Shown piece after piece: positions 40,898 through 56,442 of a stretch of DNA of 64,000 nucleotides. A program made the translations under genes and the position numbers. Every line of letters starts with the position of its first letter. The first letter of the stretch is position 1. The notes beneath the pieces are model-generated. The model did no database searches. It saw only the letters and a list, made by a program, of their open reading frames with translations, and was not told the DNA's origin. The stretch comes from Octopus vulgaris (taxonomy: Eukaryota). The stretch is from NCBI GenBank assembly GCA_951406725.2, contig OX597814.1, forward strand, positions 22,444,001 to 22,508,000. Direction: 5' to 3'.

Positions 40898-41088
40898 GAG
40901 TTAAATACGCAAACAACGAGAAAAATGGAAAACAGAAAAAGTAACACAAAGAACGACCCTTCAACAGTTGTCGGCTGTCTATCTGCTCGAAATGGGAGTA
41001 GATAAACAGCTGACAACTGATAAAGGGTCGTACCTTGTGTTACTTTTACTGTTTTCCATTTTTCTCCCGTTGTTTGCGTATTTAACTC
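40898..41088. repeat. Imperfect inverted repeat, ~91-bp arms with a 7-nt loop
   Basis: gagttaaatacgcaaacaacg...ctatctgctc / gagtagataaac...cgttgtttgcgtatttaactc. Confidence 0.9.
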
Positions 41089-41198
41089 ATTTGTTTTCGT
41101 ATTAATGCCCAGGGATAGTATAGGTAAATGATTCCGGTAGTAAGAACGGATATTCTTATCCCTTAGTCTGTTATTCCAACCGCTACCTCCACTTACCT

Positions 41199-41322
<124 letters not shown>

Positions 41323-41626
41323 TGTGTGTGTGTATATGTAAATGTGTGTATATATACACACACATATACACATACGTAAGCACACAAAGGTTGCAAGCCG
41401 CAACGGAAATTTTAGGAAAATAAAAATAAGAAATAAGCGGAAATTTTACCGGTGTATATGTTAAATTATAAGGCACAAAAAGAAAATGACTCTCCCCAGA
41501 CAAAACTGAATATGCTTCAACACACGAATTCACATAAAGAATCTTGCAAACCAAATCTAAAAACGAAATATATATATATATATATGTATACACATATGCA
41601 CAAGCGTAAGCACACACACACACACA

Positions 41627-41669
<43 letters not shown>

Positions 41670-42225
41670 ATGTATGTATGTAAACACACACAGACAAGGA
41701 ATATTTCTATTGTATATATTTCTAAGAGCTCTTGATAATAATAATAGAGAAATGTCATACCTTAAACCATTGTCTCAGACATCAAATTTTAACGTTGGAC
41801 ACTGTTTACTGATTCTTTCACAACAGTTATTGGCATTCAGTTTCATGAGCCATCAAGAAAGACTCTCAACGTGTGCCCTCGACCTGCTGGCCATTAACAG
41901 CCAACTTTATCATATAATTTTAGATAACATATGATAGGAGAAACAAATAGGACGGCATGGTTAGAACGCATCGTTTATGTATCTGCTTGGTTAAGATAAA
42001 AATTATGAAATGTTTACAAGGAAAGAACTAAAATTTTTATTTCGTTATTTCGCACTTTGTTTACCACAAAGATCGACATGAAAGCAAATGATTTAGAAGT
42101 CTGAATCTTAGTAATAAATATTTTAAAATAAAAAAATATTTGCCTCTCGTTCCCACACCTTATCTCATCTATTTCAATGTGTCGCGTATAACTCACCTAC
42201 CTCTCGCTCTCTTTTTACTTATGTA

Positions 42226-42323
<98 letters not shown>

Positions 42324-42884
42324 TACATAATATCAATTTACTGTTTGTTTATGATCTTTAGTTATTAGTTTTACTACCTTTATCATTTACTGAAAGCTGA
42401 TTAGCTTAAAATATCGTGAATAGTTATTTGTTCTTTCTGTTTAAATAACTGGCGAGTCTTTAATCTGTCAATTTGTTTTCTTGTATAACTATCAAATACT
42501 TCGCTTCTCCAAGCAGTTCAAAATCTAGTCGTAAACTGCAATAAACTGTCCTGGTTATGCTGAAGGTATCCCTAAAAGGGGTAGGATAGTAAGGCGTCAT
42601 ATTCCATTGCTTTTCATGATCACATCTACTATTCTTTGATTTTTTCTGCTACTACTATTCATCTCTATTTTACCTGTGTTGTACTGGCCAGATACTTGCT
42701 TAAAATAGATAGCCTAGTTTTCCAATAGCACCATCTTGATCAAATTCCTTTCTTTTCATAGGTCAGTTCATTGTGACTCTAAGGAGGACAAAGGAGATTG
42801 ATTGCACTCAATATTTTCACCAGTTCGACAATGGATCGACCGATTAATGTGATCCAACTGTGGGACTAAATCCCTCCAATTCTC

Positions 42885-43287
42885 TTACTCTTTCTTTTTA
42901 CTCTTTTTACTTGTTTCAGTCATTTGACTGCGGCCATGCTAGAGCACCGCCTTAAGTCGAGCAAATCGACCCCGGGACTTATTCTTTGTAAGCCCAGTAC
43001 TTATTCTATCGGTCTCTTTTGCCAAACCGCTAAGTGACGGGGACGTAAACACACCAGCATCGGTTGTCAAGCAATGCTAGAGGGACAAACACAGACACAC
43101 AAACATATACATACACATACATACATATATATACGACAGGCTTCTTTCAGTTTCCGTCTACCAAATCACTCACAAGGCATTGGTCGGCCCGAGGCTATAG
43201 CAGAAGATACTTGCCCAAGATGCCACGCAGTGGGACTGAACCCAGAACCATGTGGTTGGCAGGCAAGCTACTTACCACACAGCCACT
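42885..43287 (-). mobile_element. tRNA-derived SINE (same family as 31058-31542)
   Basis: Reverse-complement match along its whole length. Confidence 0.9.
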
Positions 43288-43982
43288 CGACGTTTGTAAG
43301 CCTTCAATAAATGTATAAAGTCCCTTATCTATGTGCATTTTCTATATCACTCTGTAGCAACGTACCAATTTAACTCGGTAACTGGACTGCAGATTTACAA
43401 ATTTGAATGATGACATCATTTCAGTTCGGAATACATCGATCACAGGGCATATTTGTTAACCTGGTGCATCTTTATCTACCGAGAACTAACGAAGTATTTC
43501 GGCTGGGTTGTTATTCCCTTATTAATCCCTTTTTGTTTTGATATATATATATATGTATGTATGTATAAAGAAAAAAAAATATTTACATATATACATATAT
43601 ATATACATATAACATATATATATATACACATACATGCATGTATGCGAGTGCGCGTGTGGTGGGTTTTCGTTTGTACATATCTATGTATATGTACCTGGGA
43701 GGACAATATCCTTATTTGGAACCTGCAATATCGATAGTCTCCCTATATTTTTTTACTTATTTCATTCATTGAACACCAGCCACGATGAAGTACGACTTTG
43801 TAAGTTTTGATGAATGTATCGATCCTAGTACTTTTTTAAAGATGGTAGTTATTCAATTACTTTTGCTGAACCGCTAAGTTGCGAGAAGGTAAACATATCA
43901 ACATGGGATGTCAAGCAGTGGGAAAACAAAGATAAGGGCAAAGACATACATAATCACATACATACATACATGCATACATACA

Positions 43983-44016
<34 letters not shown>

Positions 44017-44299
44017 CATACATACATACATATGGAATACATTCATAAACACCAACTCAAGGAATACTGGTGGAATATTCCCATCAAATCTTCTGTCAAA
44101 TGTAAACATAAAAGACCGGATATTATTGTTTAGGGCAAAGGAGCAAATGTATGTACCATCATAGAGGTCAGCTGCCCTGCAGATATAAATATCTCTTTGA
44201 AAATGAAAGAAATACAGGATATCTATGAAACCTCCAGCTTCTACATCCAGACTATGAATTCATATTCATACCGATAGTAATTTACAGCTGAATAAAAAA

Positions 44300-44830
44300 C
44301 TTTTGGACCTCAAAATTTTCTGTATTCAATAAAACAGTGGTCCACAATGTATTTGTAGTGTCAGTAATCATACCAACATTTGGGCTGCTTGATTGGATGC
44401 TTGATGAGATCCGAGCTATTGATGTAAAAACCCGAAAAGTACTAACAAGCACATGTAATTACCACACAAACAGTGACATAGATAGCCGCTATTTAAAACG
44501 AAAACAAGGTGGCAGAGGCTGAACATCGATCCAAAATGCCTTTGACTGTTGCATCATATCGCTTCAGCAACATCGTCTAACCACCAATTGTCGAAGTGCT
44601 TCCCTTGGCCAAGTTTGCATAGACGAGGCTAACATCATAAGACTTGGAAGGCAGCTCCTTGAGCAACACTCTGTCTGAGAATCTAGAATATATGAAATCC
44701 GTCGTTAGGATAATCCCAAGGGCAAAGAAATAAGAACCCACAATATGGTAGAAGCCATAACCACTTATAATAAGAAGAAATACTGGTGGAATGTACCAGT
44801 GAAGACCTCAATAAAATGTAAGCACAACAA
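44300..44830 (+). mobile_element. R4/Dong-type retrotransposon internal fragment
   Basis: IIPTFGLLDW..IRAIDVKTRKVL..YHTNSDIDSRYLKRKQGGRG, homologous to the 27544-28197 translation. Confidence 0.8.
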
Positions 44831-45244
44831 ATATACACGAGAGAAATATACATAAATCGCGGATATGACCTGACTTTATAGTGAGTCGATAACTGGTAAG
44901 TTATAATTGATATTTATTTCAGTAGCAATATTCGTAATCCCTGGTATACCTTGCTTGTATATAAGATATAATTTTATCCTTGATTTTTGGTTGTTTAGTC
45001 ACTCTATCTATTAGCATAAAATGCACAGTGAGATGCATGTGTCTGCACATGCATTTCAGTGGCCGTGGCAATGAAATAAATGGCACCCCGGCTTGTCGTT
45101 AGTTAACAGGATACTGAAAAGGAATTCCAATGGTATTCTCTGTCCATTAACCGGTTAATAGAGTAAGCAGCGCAATATCAACTAAAGTGATATAAGCTAT
45201 TCTGAATTTATATGTATCAATACTTCCTGTACAAGTCACACGAT

Positions 45245-45285
<41 letters not shown>

Positions 45286-48200
45286 TGCGAATATATAACA
45301 ACAAATCTTTCGATAAATTTATGTATGTGTACGTGTGTCTGTGTATGTGTGTATATTTATGCACATACACACATACACACAGATACACGCACGAACACAC
45401 ACACGAACATAAACACACAAATAGATAGGTTTTCTTCAAGGTATAGTTATCCGTAAGTGGATGTTCTTACCATGCTGATATCGGCTCAGAACGTTCAACT
45501 TGAGATAACATATTGTTGAAATTCACTTTCTTTCACCTCGAAACAGAGGCGCTGCAAAGATTTGCTGATAGGCGAGTCGTTATGCTTATCCGAGACAGGA
45601 CTAAAGAAGAAGAGGACTAAAAAAACAAAAAACAAAAATGCGGCAACGACGACATACAAGATCAACATGTTATGCACGACTGTGTCATTTTGTTGCACAA
45701 ATACATGCAAACAACACGCACCACACATAGATACACATGCACGTGCATACACACACACACACACACATAATTCCCTGGGTACAGTTTCCGACTCGTCGCG
45801 CGTATTTCTAATGCAATTTTCAACGGTCAATACAACTACCACAACCGTCTCATTAAGAATAAAGTATTCATACTGAAAGCTGAACTGGGAAAGTGTATGC
45901 TGATAGGAACATGAAATTTGTGGACCATTGCAAACTGGACTGATTAAAATCTCGTGTGGTATTCAGAAGAGTGATAGATAGGTTGATAGAGTAGAAAATT
46001 AAAATTATCAATAAATCAACAATAAATCAGCTCAGGAATTTCGACATGTAATTCCCATTTCCCATCTCTCCCCTCCCTTCATGTTTTATTCATTCTTTTG
46101 GTAATTAACAAAAACAGTGTCTTTTCATTTTATCTTATTCAGCAGACAACGCCTACAAACACGTGTCGTGTTATCATTTCAAATGTCTTTATACAGCTTG
46201 TTTACCACTTTATCGACTAGCTAGCTATTTACCTATCAAGCTATTTATCTCATTCGTTCATAGTCTTTCTCTATCTTATTCATTCCTATCTCACAAAAAT
46301 ATATTCTGTCCTTCTCTAACACACACACAAATAGTCGCATGCGTATATGCGCATACATGCATATTGTGTGTGTTTTATGTAGATTTATGCATAAAGACAG
46401 TCAAATACCTGGAGGATAACTAACAGTATATATAACTAACAGTATATAACAGTAGTATATAGAAGCTTATTTCCGTAACGAAAGCTGTAAAAGTGACTTC
46501 GAAGTTTCACCTACACGTAATACGGGTTGCCAACAAATGTACACTCAGAGAAATATGAAAAATGTATTGCTTATGAGTCAGTGATGGCTGCGTAAAAATA
46601 GGTGAAACGTTATTCAGTTCGTTAGCAAAGAGAATCCAATACTTAAACTAAGGGATCAGATTGAACAGTTAGGCTAAATGTATATTTATTAAAGCTTCGC
46701 ATGTAACTTTTTTTTCATATTATTCAGGCCTTTATGTAGGCCTTGCTGGGAGTTACAGAAACTAGGTTGTTGCTGCATAGGATGTTGGTTTCTGGTGGAA
46801 AACGGAACACTGGAGTACACGCAAGTTGATAGATTATTGTTCAGATATAACTCTTACGAACACAGCCCTTTGCATAAGATTTGAGTCGAATGGAATTCTC
46901 TATCAGACTGTTTTCGTAGTAAATGCCGCCAACTGCTTTGCTATTGATGTGTAACGACAACGTTTTCCTCAAATTACAGGATGATAGCTGGCAGGTTATG
47001 GATGTTGCCCATGCTAAAATTGGATCATGTCATAAGGTGTTTCGAAATTTAAAGATATAACCCTATAGAGGGAAAGAGGGGATAAACGTATTCTGTACAG
47101 TATAGGGTTGAATGAGAAAACTGTGGCAAATTTGGAGTATGTCTCTTCAAGACTACGGCTTACAGAACCAGCATGATTGAAAGAAAAGGTGTTCTGCAAA
47201 TTTAGTAGGTGTTCTTTTAAAAAGTGACCAAGAAAATCGGCTTCCATTTAGGAAGGGGCAAATCTTGCAGGCTCTGTCATCTGCAGTGTTTCAACTCTTG
47301 AGGAAGTTGGATTAATACACAAAGTATGTCCAGTTTCTAGCATTAGGTATTTCCATTCGAGCATTTATAGATGCGGATGATATTCTTCAAGCATTTTTGG
47401 TTTATACCTCATTATATTGGACGACGACGAAATGTTAGCGTCATAGTTACACCTACAGGTGAGGATATCGATGTCAGACAGATAATGATTTTTCAGTTTC
47501 GATGTCCTACATAATGGACAGTTACTTTGACAAACTCCTCACTCAGCTGGATTTGGTCATAATAAGTCTTACCCATATCTGGCAAAATGTTCTGCCATTT
47601 TAGTAACAGCTGTCATTGTTATTGTTTATTTTTGTTGCGTTTTTTTAGCTTGTTATAACAGGTATTGAAATTTCAAGTAGTTCTCCCTTGTGGTTCCGTT
47701 ATGCTCTTAGTAATGATGTCACTGTTCAGAGCGTCAAGAACGTTATGTTAGTGATAACAGTGAAAGTGATGAGTTTTATTTTGCTGTTTCTGGAGCTTTT
47801 CAATTCTCTTACCACCTCTGTGCATTCCACTGCTAGCAAAGTAGGCGCTGTATTAATTTTTAACAATTTTAAATCACAATTTTCGAAGCAAACATTTCAG
47901 CAGCCAATATTTGAACATAATAAGAAAAAAATCGAGTCACTTTTTCGACTGCCTGTCAGCCTAAGAGCATTGCAAATAAAAATGATATTACCATAGTCGG
48001 ATGTATACTATCGATTTTCTCCAAAGTTTGCGGTGCGCGAATGATACATGACTTCTATGCAGATGGCCATTAATAACAATTATAATAAACAAACCAAATT
48101 GTAAAAAAAAGTTGATGAAAATATTGATGGATAACTGCGTTAAGTAATACTTGGAAAATTTATTGATCATTACCACATATTAATTCATGTATTACAGTTC

Positions 48201-49139
48201 TTCATAATATTTTGTAATCTCATATCTTGTGTAAACAACTTGTCGGAGCACGGTTCTTATCAACTTCGTACGATTCCGCTCCCCACCACGACTACGTAAG
48301 AATATGAATAAAGCATGCAAACAAAAACAGTATAATTCATCCTGAAGTGAACAAAAATGGGGGCCATACTTAAGTTTTGGAGCATAGAAGGTGTGAAAAA
48401 TGGAGTGTGGTAAATTTAATCTAATAAACTGGTGCCGGATTAGAATGACATCAGTCTATACAAAGAATCGGTTGTTGATCTGTACATCTTGCAGTGAAAC
48501 CGACGGAAAAGGCATAAATGGGCACGATAGGACTATACTTCCATTCTACATAACTACATTACATTTTACCCCGAAAAGGAAACGACGATAATTCACGTGA
48601 ACTTTGGAAGCTAACTAATCCGTATCGAAATTTATTGCTAGTCTCCATAAATGCTAGCAAAGTTGCTAACTTTAAAAAAATTCAGGAACAGATTTTACAA
48701 CTATAATTCGACCTTTAATATCCATATACAACTATAAATCTTTCTTCAATATCGCTTAATGATAGCATCCTATATTCTTAGTTTTAGCCTAGATTTAACC
48801 TTTTCTACATTTCTATTGCCAATCCTGCATTTCACATAAATAACTGTCACTTCGGCCAGTTTTTCATTGGCATTCTGAAAGACAAAAAGCAGTTTATTTT
48901 CTGGAAGACAGAAAACAATTCATTTTTGTTTTGTTTGTATTTTATAACTATCTGTATTATTTATTCATTATTCTCAGGTAGATGATATAATCCTACTCTG
49001 ATTAGTTTTAATAGGTTTTTATAGATAGTGAAAAATTGTAACACTGGCTGAGAGAGAAGGTCTCTTGACTGTAACATAGTATGAAGATATTCTCATTAAT
49101 AACCACGAAAAATAAATCCAACGAAGGAAAATAATGTGG

Positions 49140-49785
49140 TCACAGAATATAGGGCGATGAAAGAAGAAACAATTAACAACATTGTCTTTAGCTGTTCAGA
49201 CTCAGTAAGAAAAATATTTACAGGTATGAACGACAAAGTTGAGGCTAGAAATTATGCCAGCATTATGAATTAATAACAGAAAGCAGGTCGTATAGGCCTA
49301 CACAAAGTAAGATCTTGGAAAGACGAAGATGTTAAATTTTGGAATATACATATTAATGACATTGAGATCAAAGCTATTCGAATAAATATTATCAAAGACC
49401 ACCGGAAAAGTAGTGTAATCTACTCAAAGCAGACGATTATATATCACTCACAGAAATGGAGAAATTATATAAATATAAAGATATGAAAACAGAAAATCCG
49501 ACTGTCGGGTCTGATAAGAGAAACAATTCTTATAATAGAAGGTGCCCAGTGGCTGATAAAAAAAAAGCATGAATGCAAATACTAACAAACCCCAGGACTT
49601 ACAAATATGCAGAAAAGAACTGAATATAGCATTACTATAACATATACATTACACCGCACACGTTATATCAAAGAATCCGAATACGATAGAAACAGCAAAA
49701 CCAAAATATATGATTGCAAAAGACCTGGGCACACGGAGGTGCCCTAAGCAGCGCAATGAAATAGTAATAGTAGCAAAAACAACGA

Positions 49786-49790
<5 letters not shown>
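49140..49790 (+). mobile_element. Highly degraded R4/Dong-type 3' fragment adjoining (TTA)n
   Basis: Residual EETIN.., LCQHYE and EKLYKYKD motifs in the same order as 150-1240. Confidence 0.5.
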
Positions 49791-49858
<68 letters not shown>

Positions 49859-49877
49859 GTTATTGTTGTTGTTGTTG

Positions 49878-49954
<77 letters not shown>

Positions 49955-49975
49955 GTCATCATCATCATTATTTAT
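49788..49975. repeat. (TTA)n/(TTG)n microsatellite
   Basis: Directly visible. Confidence 0.96.
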
Positions 49976-51517
49976 GATAATTATAATTATTTATATTATT
50001 CATAATAATGATGATAGCGGTGGCATGCTAATCGTTATAACATACGATATCTAAGCATATGTATGTACATATATATATGTGCATTGATGGCTTAATTTTC
50101 ATTTGAGTAATATATTTAGTTTTGGAAATTTGATGAAGGCTATATAACCGAAAATTCGAGGTAAATCTCAAATTTTCCGTTAAAAAAATTTTAGATATGT
50201 ATAAAACAGCAAACATCAAACATAGATACACACACATTCGTGTGTGTGTATATGTGTGTGTCTGTGTGTGTATATGTGCGTGACAGTATGTGTATGTGCG
50301 TGTGTGTGTTTGTATGTATACACACTCTAGTTTCTCTGTGTATTATGCGTGTGGATATATTTAGCGAGATATAGATAGATAGAGAGAGAGAGAAAGAGAG
50401 GGAGAGAAAGAAAGAGAAAAAGAGAGAGAGATAGAAAGAAAGAGAGAGAGAGAGGGAAAGATACTTTAGCTAAATAGATACAAAGGTATATGAATAACGA
50501 GTCGGATGATTTCGTCCGATTTTCTTCGTCAACCTAGTATACATAGAGAATGAAATTTATGGCATGAAACCTGAATCCGCAACTGAAAATAGCCAATTAA
50601 TTTTACAATTATGGCTATTTACTAAATTTATTTTTCGATAAAATTTATTTTATGAAAATAGATATTGATAAGCCTCACGAATATGATGCGAGTCTTGTAT
50701 ACATTAGTGTAGCATGGCCTATTACGCACCATTTAATAGATTCAGTTCTTGCATTAAATTACCTTCACTATTGAGAAAAGAGGCTATGAATTTTTAGAAT
50801 ATTATATAAGGATTATTTTATGCCACGATTCGAGAATATCAATTGGAAAGTAACCGGGTTCATATTTCAGTAAACCTAACTCTGTATTCAAGTTCTGTAA
50901 CATTCTCACAACTTATGGTAATGTTCCTAAATACGTATTTGAAACTATATACACAATTTTGTAATTCAATGAGAATCTTGACTTTGGCCATGCCGAAAAA
51001 ATTCGGTCAGTCCCGGTTTCTTCTTCGATATATCTGGCATATTAAATCCCCTTTTGATTGAGATTGTTTGTTTCACTTGGTATTTGTTTTTCTTAAGCTC
51101 AAAAATCCCTATTTACTCACACATGTTATAGAAAAGGGAATAGATTCGATATTTCCGTTGAAATCGATGCATTTCGTATCCTTTTGAACGTGAATAATCT
51201 GTTTCTATCCATGTTCACAAAGTTCCCCACAAAAATTGTTAACCATCATCATCAACGTTTTAATATTAACTCTTCCCCGTTTGCATGAGTCCAACAGAAT
51301 TCACGGAAGTAGCTTTTTACTGCCAGGTGTCTTTCTGTCACCAACTGTTATCGGTTTCCAAGCAAGGAAATATTTTCTTCTGGCCATACCTGCTTTCCAC
51401 AAAAGTGTAGAAACGAACGATATCGCTTGTATGCAGGTACACAACACACAATCACACACACACACACGTGTTTGTCCATACATATATTAATAATCATAAA
51501 CGTGTCTGTATATATCG

Positions 51518-51747
51518 ATTTCTTTATTGCCCACAAGGGGCTAAACATAGAGGGGATAAAGAAGGACAGACAAAGGGATTAGGTTGATTACATCGACCCC
51601 AGTGCGTAACTGGTACTTAATTTATCGACCCCGAAAGGATGAAAGGCAAAGTTGACCTCGGTGGAATTTGAACTCCCAACGTAACGGCAGACGAAATACG
51701 GCTACGCATTTCGCCCGGCGTGCGAACGTTTCTGCCAGCTCGCCGTC
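51518..51747 (-). mobile_element. tRNA-related SINE (third family)
   Basis: Minus strand: ggcgagctggcagaaacgtt..gagttcaaattcc (B box)..gaggtcaactttgcctttcatcctttcggggtcgataaattaagtacc..aataaagaaat. Confidence 0.85.
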
Positions 51748-51814
51748 TGTATATATGTATATGCGCGTGTGTGTGTGTGTGTGTATGTGCGTGCGTATGT
51801 GTGTGTGTGTGTTT

Positions 51815-52330
51815 TTGAAGGTTGATCCTATACAGAGAGGTGTGGCGGGATACATGACCATACCAGGGAAGCTTTAGTATTTTTATCAGCTCAAGGAATA
51901 GTTCTTGCTGTCTGCCAGTGCGTTTGCGGGCTTGATGTCTGGCACAGCCGTTCCTGCTATGCTCTCTGTACAGGATGCGTACCCAGAATATACTTGAAGG
52001 TGTCCACTTTATCAAGTCCCTTTCCTTTTTGTTTTTGCAGCCTGATGCTGGTTGTTGTGTTTTGGTGGTAACTATTAAACAGGATCTTGCTCTTTCTGGA
52101 CTGTTCTCTATTATGCATGCTGAATCCCTGCAGTTTTGCTTCACTGCTTCCTAACGGCTTTGTACCATCAGCAAAGTGACTGATGGGAACGAGCCATCCT
52201 CCAGTGGAAACAGTGGGGGAGGTCGGAGAATTTCCTATATGATGTTCTCCTGAAAGATATTGAACAACATTCGAGAAAGAATACATCCTTGTCGAACACC
52301 CACTGTTGTCGAAGATGTTTACAATCCACC
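51815..52330 (-). mobile_element. Degraded RTE LINE fragment
   Basis: LDKVDTFKY and LKLPWYGHVSRHTSLYRINLQ, typical of the RTE C-terminal region. Confidence 0.7.
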
Positions 52331-52349
52331 CCCACACACACAACATGTG

Positions 52350-53110
52350 CGTGTATGAAACAACCTTCTTTCTATTTCTTTCTACTAAATTCACTGATAA
52401 TGCTTTAGTCTGCTCGGAGTTTTAGCAGAAGGAACTCAAGTTATCTTTCAGTGGGATTGAACTTGAAATTACGTGATTGGAAAGAAAGATTTTCAAAATT
52501 ACAGCCACGTCTGTGCCTAATGTTAATATTAAACAGAATTCCCAAACAATGACATTATTCAGTTTTTCTTTTGGAATATAGTAAATGAATTCTGCTATCA
52601 ATTTTGCAAGGTGGTTAAAGATAATATTCTGTACGTCATTAAAATTGTTACCATAATCTTCTTTCGGTAGATTGAACACTGAAAAAGATGCAATTTTCCT
52701 TCAATTCTTCTCTTTCTTCACGATTTAAGCTTTACTTTAAACGCATTTATTTTCTCCATTAAACCAAGAATTGTTTGATCACGGCTATTTAGAGAAAATT
52801 TAATTCAGAAAAAATATCGGAAAGATAAGCTTACTGAAGCATCCTTTTGGAATCTGAAAATCTTGAAGCTAAAGCATGAATTTTTTTTCAGATAATTTTT
52901 TTCACTTCTCTTCGAAGTGACATAACTTGTTGCAGGAATTTTTTTTCTGAGATAACCATCTGATCTATGAGAAATATAGTAAATGTCGATATTCAGATCC
53001 GACTGAAGAAGAAAAATCGCTGTTTCTGATATTAGATATGGAAACATAAATATTAGTAAGGTTTCAATATTTCCACAGAATTCTAGGACTATCTCTTGTA
53101 CCTTCATATT
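52350..53110 (-). mobile_element. hAT (Buster/Charlie-type) transposase remnant
   Basis: Minus-strand fragments VGSEYRHLLYFS*IRWLS, AYLSDIF and DQTILGLMEKINAFKVKLK resemble LL.H.EVRWLS and LAYL.DIF motifs; many stops. Confidence 0.7.
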
Positions 53111-54035
53111 AAACCCAATTTATATCGTAGTTCTATTTGAAATAAGTTCCCTTAATAAAAACGTGGGAAATATCAAAATGGGAATTAGTCACTCTTACTC
53201 TTCGACAAAAGTAAAAATTAAAAACAAATAGCTCACTAGAAGTGTTGGTTATGGATCGTGGGTAAATACGTTAAAATACTCATTCCAGCTTTAACCTCAC
53301 TTTGTGAAAAGAAAAATTGATTTATTATTTTAAAACTATCACTTCCCGTTGCGCTTTTCGCCGAAATATCTCACATTTGTACTCATCTCAGTTGACTCAT
53401 TTCGTTGCATTCTAAGTACTCTACTTGTTTTGGTGCAGAAATAATTCTTCCGTAATCCTAGGTATATCACTAAAGCAACAACAAGAATTATAACTCAGAT
53501 TAGAGTACAGTGCGACATAGGAACATCAACTCAAGATGTAAAATGGATCAACATAACGGCTACAGGTTTTACAATGTTCATATCAATTATATGTAGATTT
53601 TTGATTTAACAACTCGCCTGAAAACATAATAAAATGAATATACAATTTTTATTGTATATTCATTTTATTATATTGCATAAATAGTATCTATTTCACAGAC
53701 AATATGGCACTGTTGTTTAAACAAATCAGTCGTTATCATATTCTTTACTTTCTTCGGACAAGAACTTTATCCCTACAAAATATTTGTTTCTTCTCCAAAT
53801 GTCTTATAATAAATTTATTGTGAGGCAACTATTCGTTACTTGATACTTCAAACTGTGATTTAATCATTTCATGCGTTGTCATATGCATCAAATCTAGTTC
53901 TAAAAATTGCTTTTATATTCACATTTTGATATTATTTTGGAAGATAATTGCAGAGGCGGAAATTTACTGAAGCCTTCGAGGAGTTCATTTCTATGAATTC
54001 ATTCAATGTCGATACATTTGAAAAATGTACGCACA

Positions 54036-54101
<66 letters not shown>

Positions 54102-56288
54102 TTATGTATACAAAGATGTACATGCATATATAATTATATGGCATTCAATTTTGAAATTAAAAGAGCGATTTAGCTCTTTGGCCCCCAGCATCAAGTGGGG
54201 TCGATTTAATCATCTATACTCGTCTACAAATAAATGGCTGTGCGTCATTGTAAACATTGTCTTTGGCATTTGTAGATTCTCAGCAAAAGAAATTTTTGGT
54301 TTCCTGTAGAACCTGTGAGGAAACATACATCATCTGAATTTACCTTTTATCCACCCAACATCGATAGCATAAATATTGAGCTAAGAAACATACTTTATTC
54401 TAGAATAAGAAATTCTTATTTGACGTTATTTGATGTTATTTAATTTTTTGAGATCATTAATGAGGACCGCATTAGTTTAAAAGTGTTTTTTTTTATGAAA
54501 TCTACTTCATCCATTTAGTTTCGATATCAAATAACGCCGAAGTCGTGATCGTATTTCAGACTTCTGTGGTTAATGAAATAACTTTTGAAATAAAGAGACA
54601 ATTTCAATAGGCTATGCTCCTTTCTAGTGTACGAAATTGCTTTTGCACATTCGAATTAAGTTAATATATGATTTATGAAAAAATCTTCCGAAATTGTAAG
54701 TGTAGCACTGGAGTTGTTCTTTCTTCAAATATAAAATTTCAAAACAGAAGCTGAAATTCAAAAATCAAACCGAAAGTAGATAATAACGAATAAACGTAAT
54801 GTTGGATTTCAGGTATGATGGTTAGTTGCAGAGAAGCTACGGATAGCATTATTTTAATATAAGATAAATTCCGTTGACTTTTATTGGGAGAAAATATCAA
54901 ACGGTTTACTGAGCTTATTGAGAATGTGACAAAACTTTCGCTTTCATTTATATGTATAATAAATATTAGTAAGACTGTGATATTAACTATATCGTGCTAT
55001 ATGAATGTTTAAAGTGCTTGTTGATTTGTTAATACCTCTGCATAAAAACTGAAATCATACAGAAGCGTACAATGATTGGATGCCACCAGTTAAGTTTAGT
55101 TTCTCGGTATTAGTATTTTTCTTTTACTTACATCGAAAAGCAATACATGTCGTAATTCATATTTCTTGTCCCTTGAATGTGCTCATTGTTGTAAGGAAAT
55201 TTATGTTCTTAAGTTTGTAGCTTCAATCTTCGACATTCAAAGTTCAAATATCGCTGGAACACAATTTACCTTCCACGGGTTGACAATAAACACCATTAGT
55301 ATACGGGAATAGAATTCAATACACTTCTGTACTTACAAACACAGGTTTTGTGATTAGCCATCAGAAATCAACATCAATATAATGCCCCATCTGCGGATTT
55401 AATTTTGATTTCAAAGACACTCTCTAATATGGTACAAAATGTGCACCTGATATAAACTGGAAACAGTAAAGGTGACTACAACAATTTCGTATACGTATGC
55501 AGATTTGCGTGAAAGCAAAAGTCACGAAGAATACTTTCAATAAAATTCACAGCAATGAAATAAACAGTAGTTTAAAGTATATTTCTAAAGCAAAATATTA
55601 TCAGTAGAAGCTGCTAATTTAAATCTATATCGTAGAAATGTAACTGTTAACAGAATCTCTATTGATTTAGTAAGATTTCCTTGGTGACGGCAGATTCTTT
55701 TGGCGAAATATTGATAGTGTTTAAAGAGGGAGGACATTAAACATGATCAATAATGAATTTTATTAAAGACAGCCAGAAGGCTATATCCCTTAAGGGTAAT
55801 ATATCCATAGCAATTGATCAGGTGTTCGTGTATACCACAATCAGAGGCCATTTGCATTTCTAAGTCATAAACTAATACAAACACAGGAGTACAGTTCAAG
55901 ATTTTCTATTGCTGATGGAAAATTTTCCAAGGCATTGTTAAAACAAATAGCCTTTCAACAAATCGATGCCACATTGAAACTTTTCTTGTTTCAAAGAGTA
56001 ATAGATTAGAAATGTATCTTTGAATAGTCTATTTTTAAAACATAGTCGCATCAGTTGTAATAATGAACTTTTAACTTCCAAAGAAAACGAAAACGCTAAA
56101 TAATATCATTTTCAATAAAACTGAACTGTATGTAGGAAAATAATATTAATACATTAATAATGGTGATGAAGTCTTTTTTTTCAAAACATTTCATTTTTAA
56201 AAATCGAATACAAGCGGGCTATTAATTAATAAAATACACATAGGTAGATTTATTAGTATAATAGAACTTGTGTATGTAGCAAAAACAA

Positions 56289-56385
56289 CCTCCTCCTCCT
56301 CCTCCTGCTCCTCCTCCTCCTCCTGCTCCTCCTCCTCCTCCTGCTCCTCCTCCTCCTCCTGCTCCTCCTCCTCCTCCTCCTCCTC

Positions 56386-56442
<57 letters not shown>

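Noticed and set aside
46700-47620. Possible minus-strand exons (MTAVTKMAEHFARYG|GTAAGA, then a short open segment)
   Set aside because: Implied intron is very short, downstream frames close quickly and there is no recognisable homology
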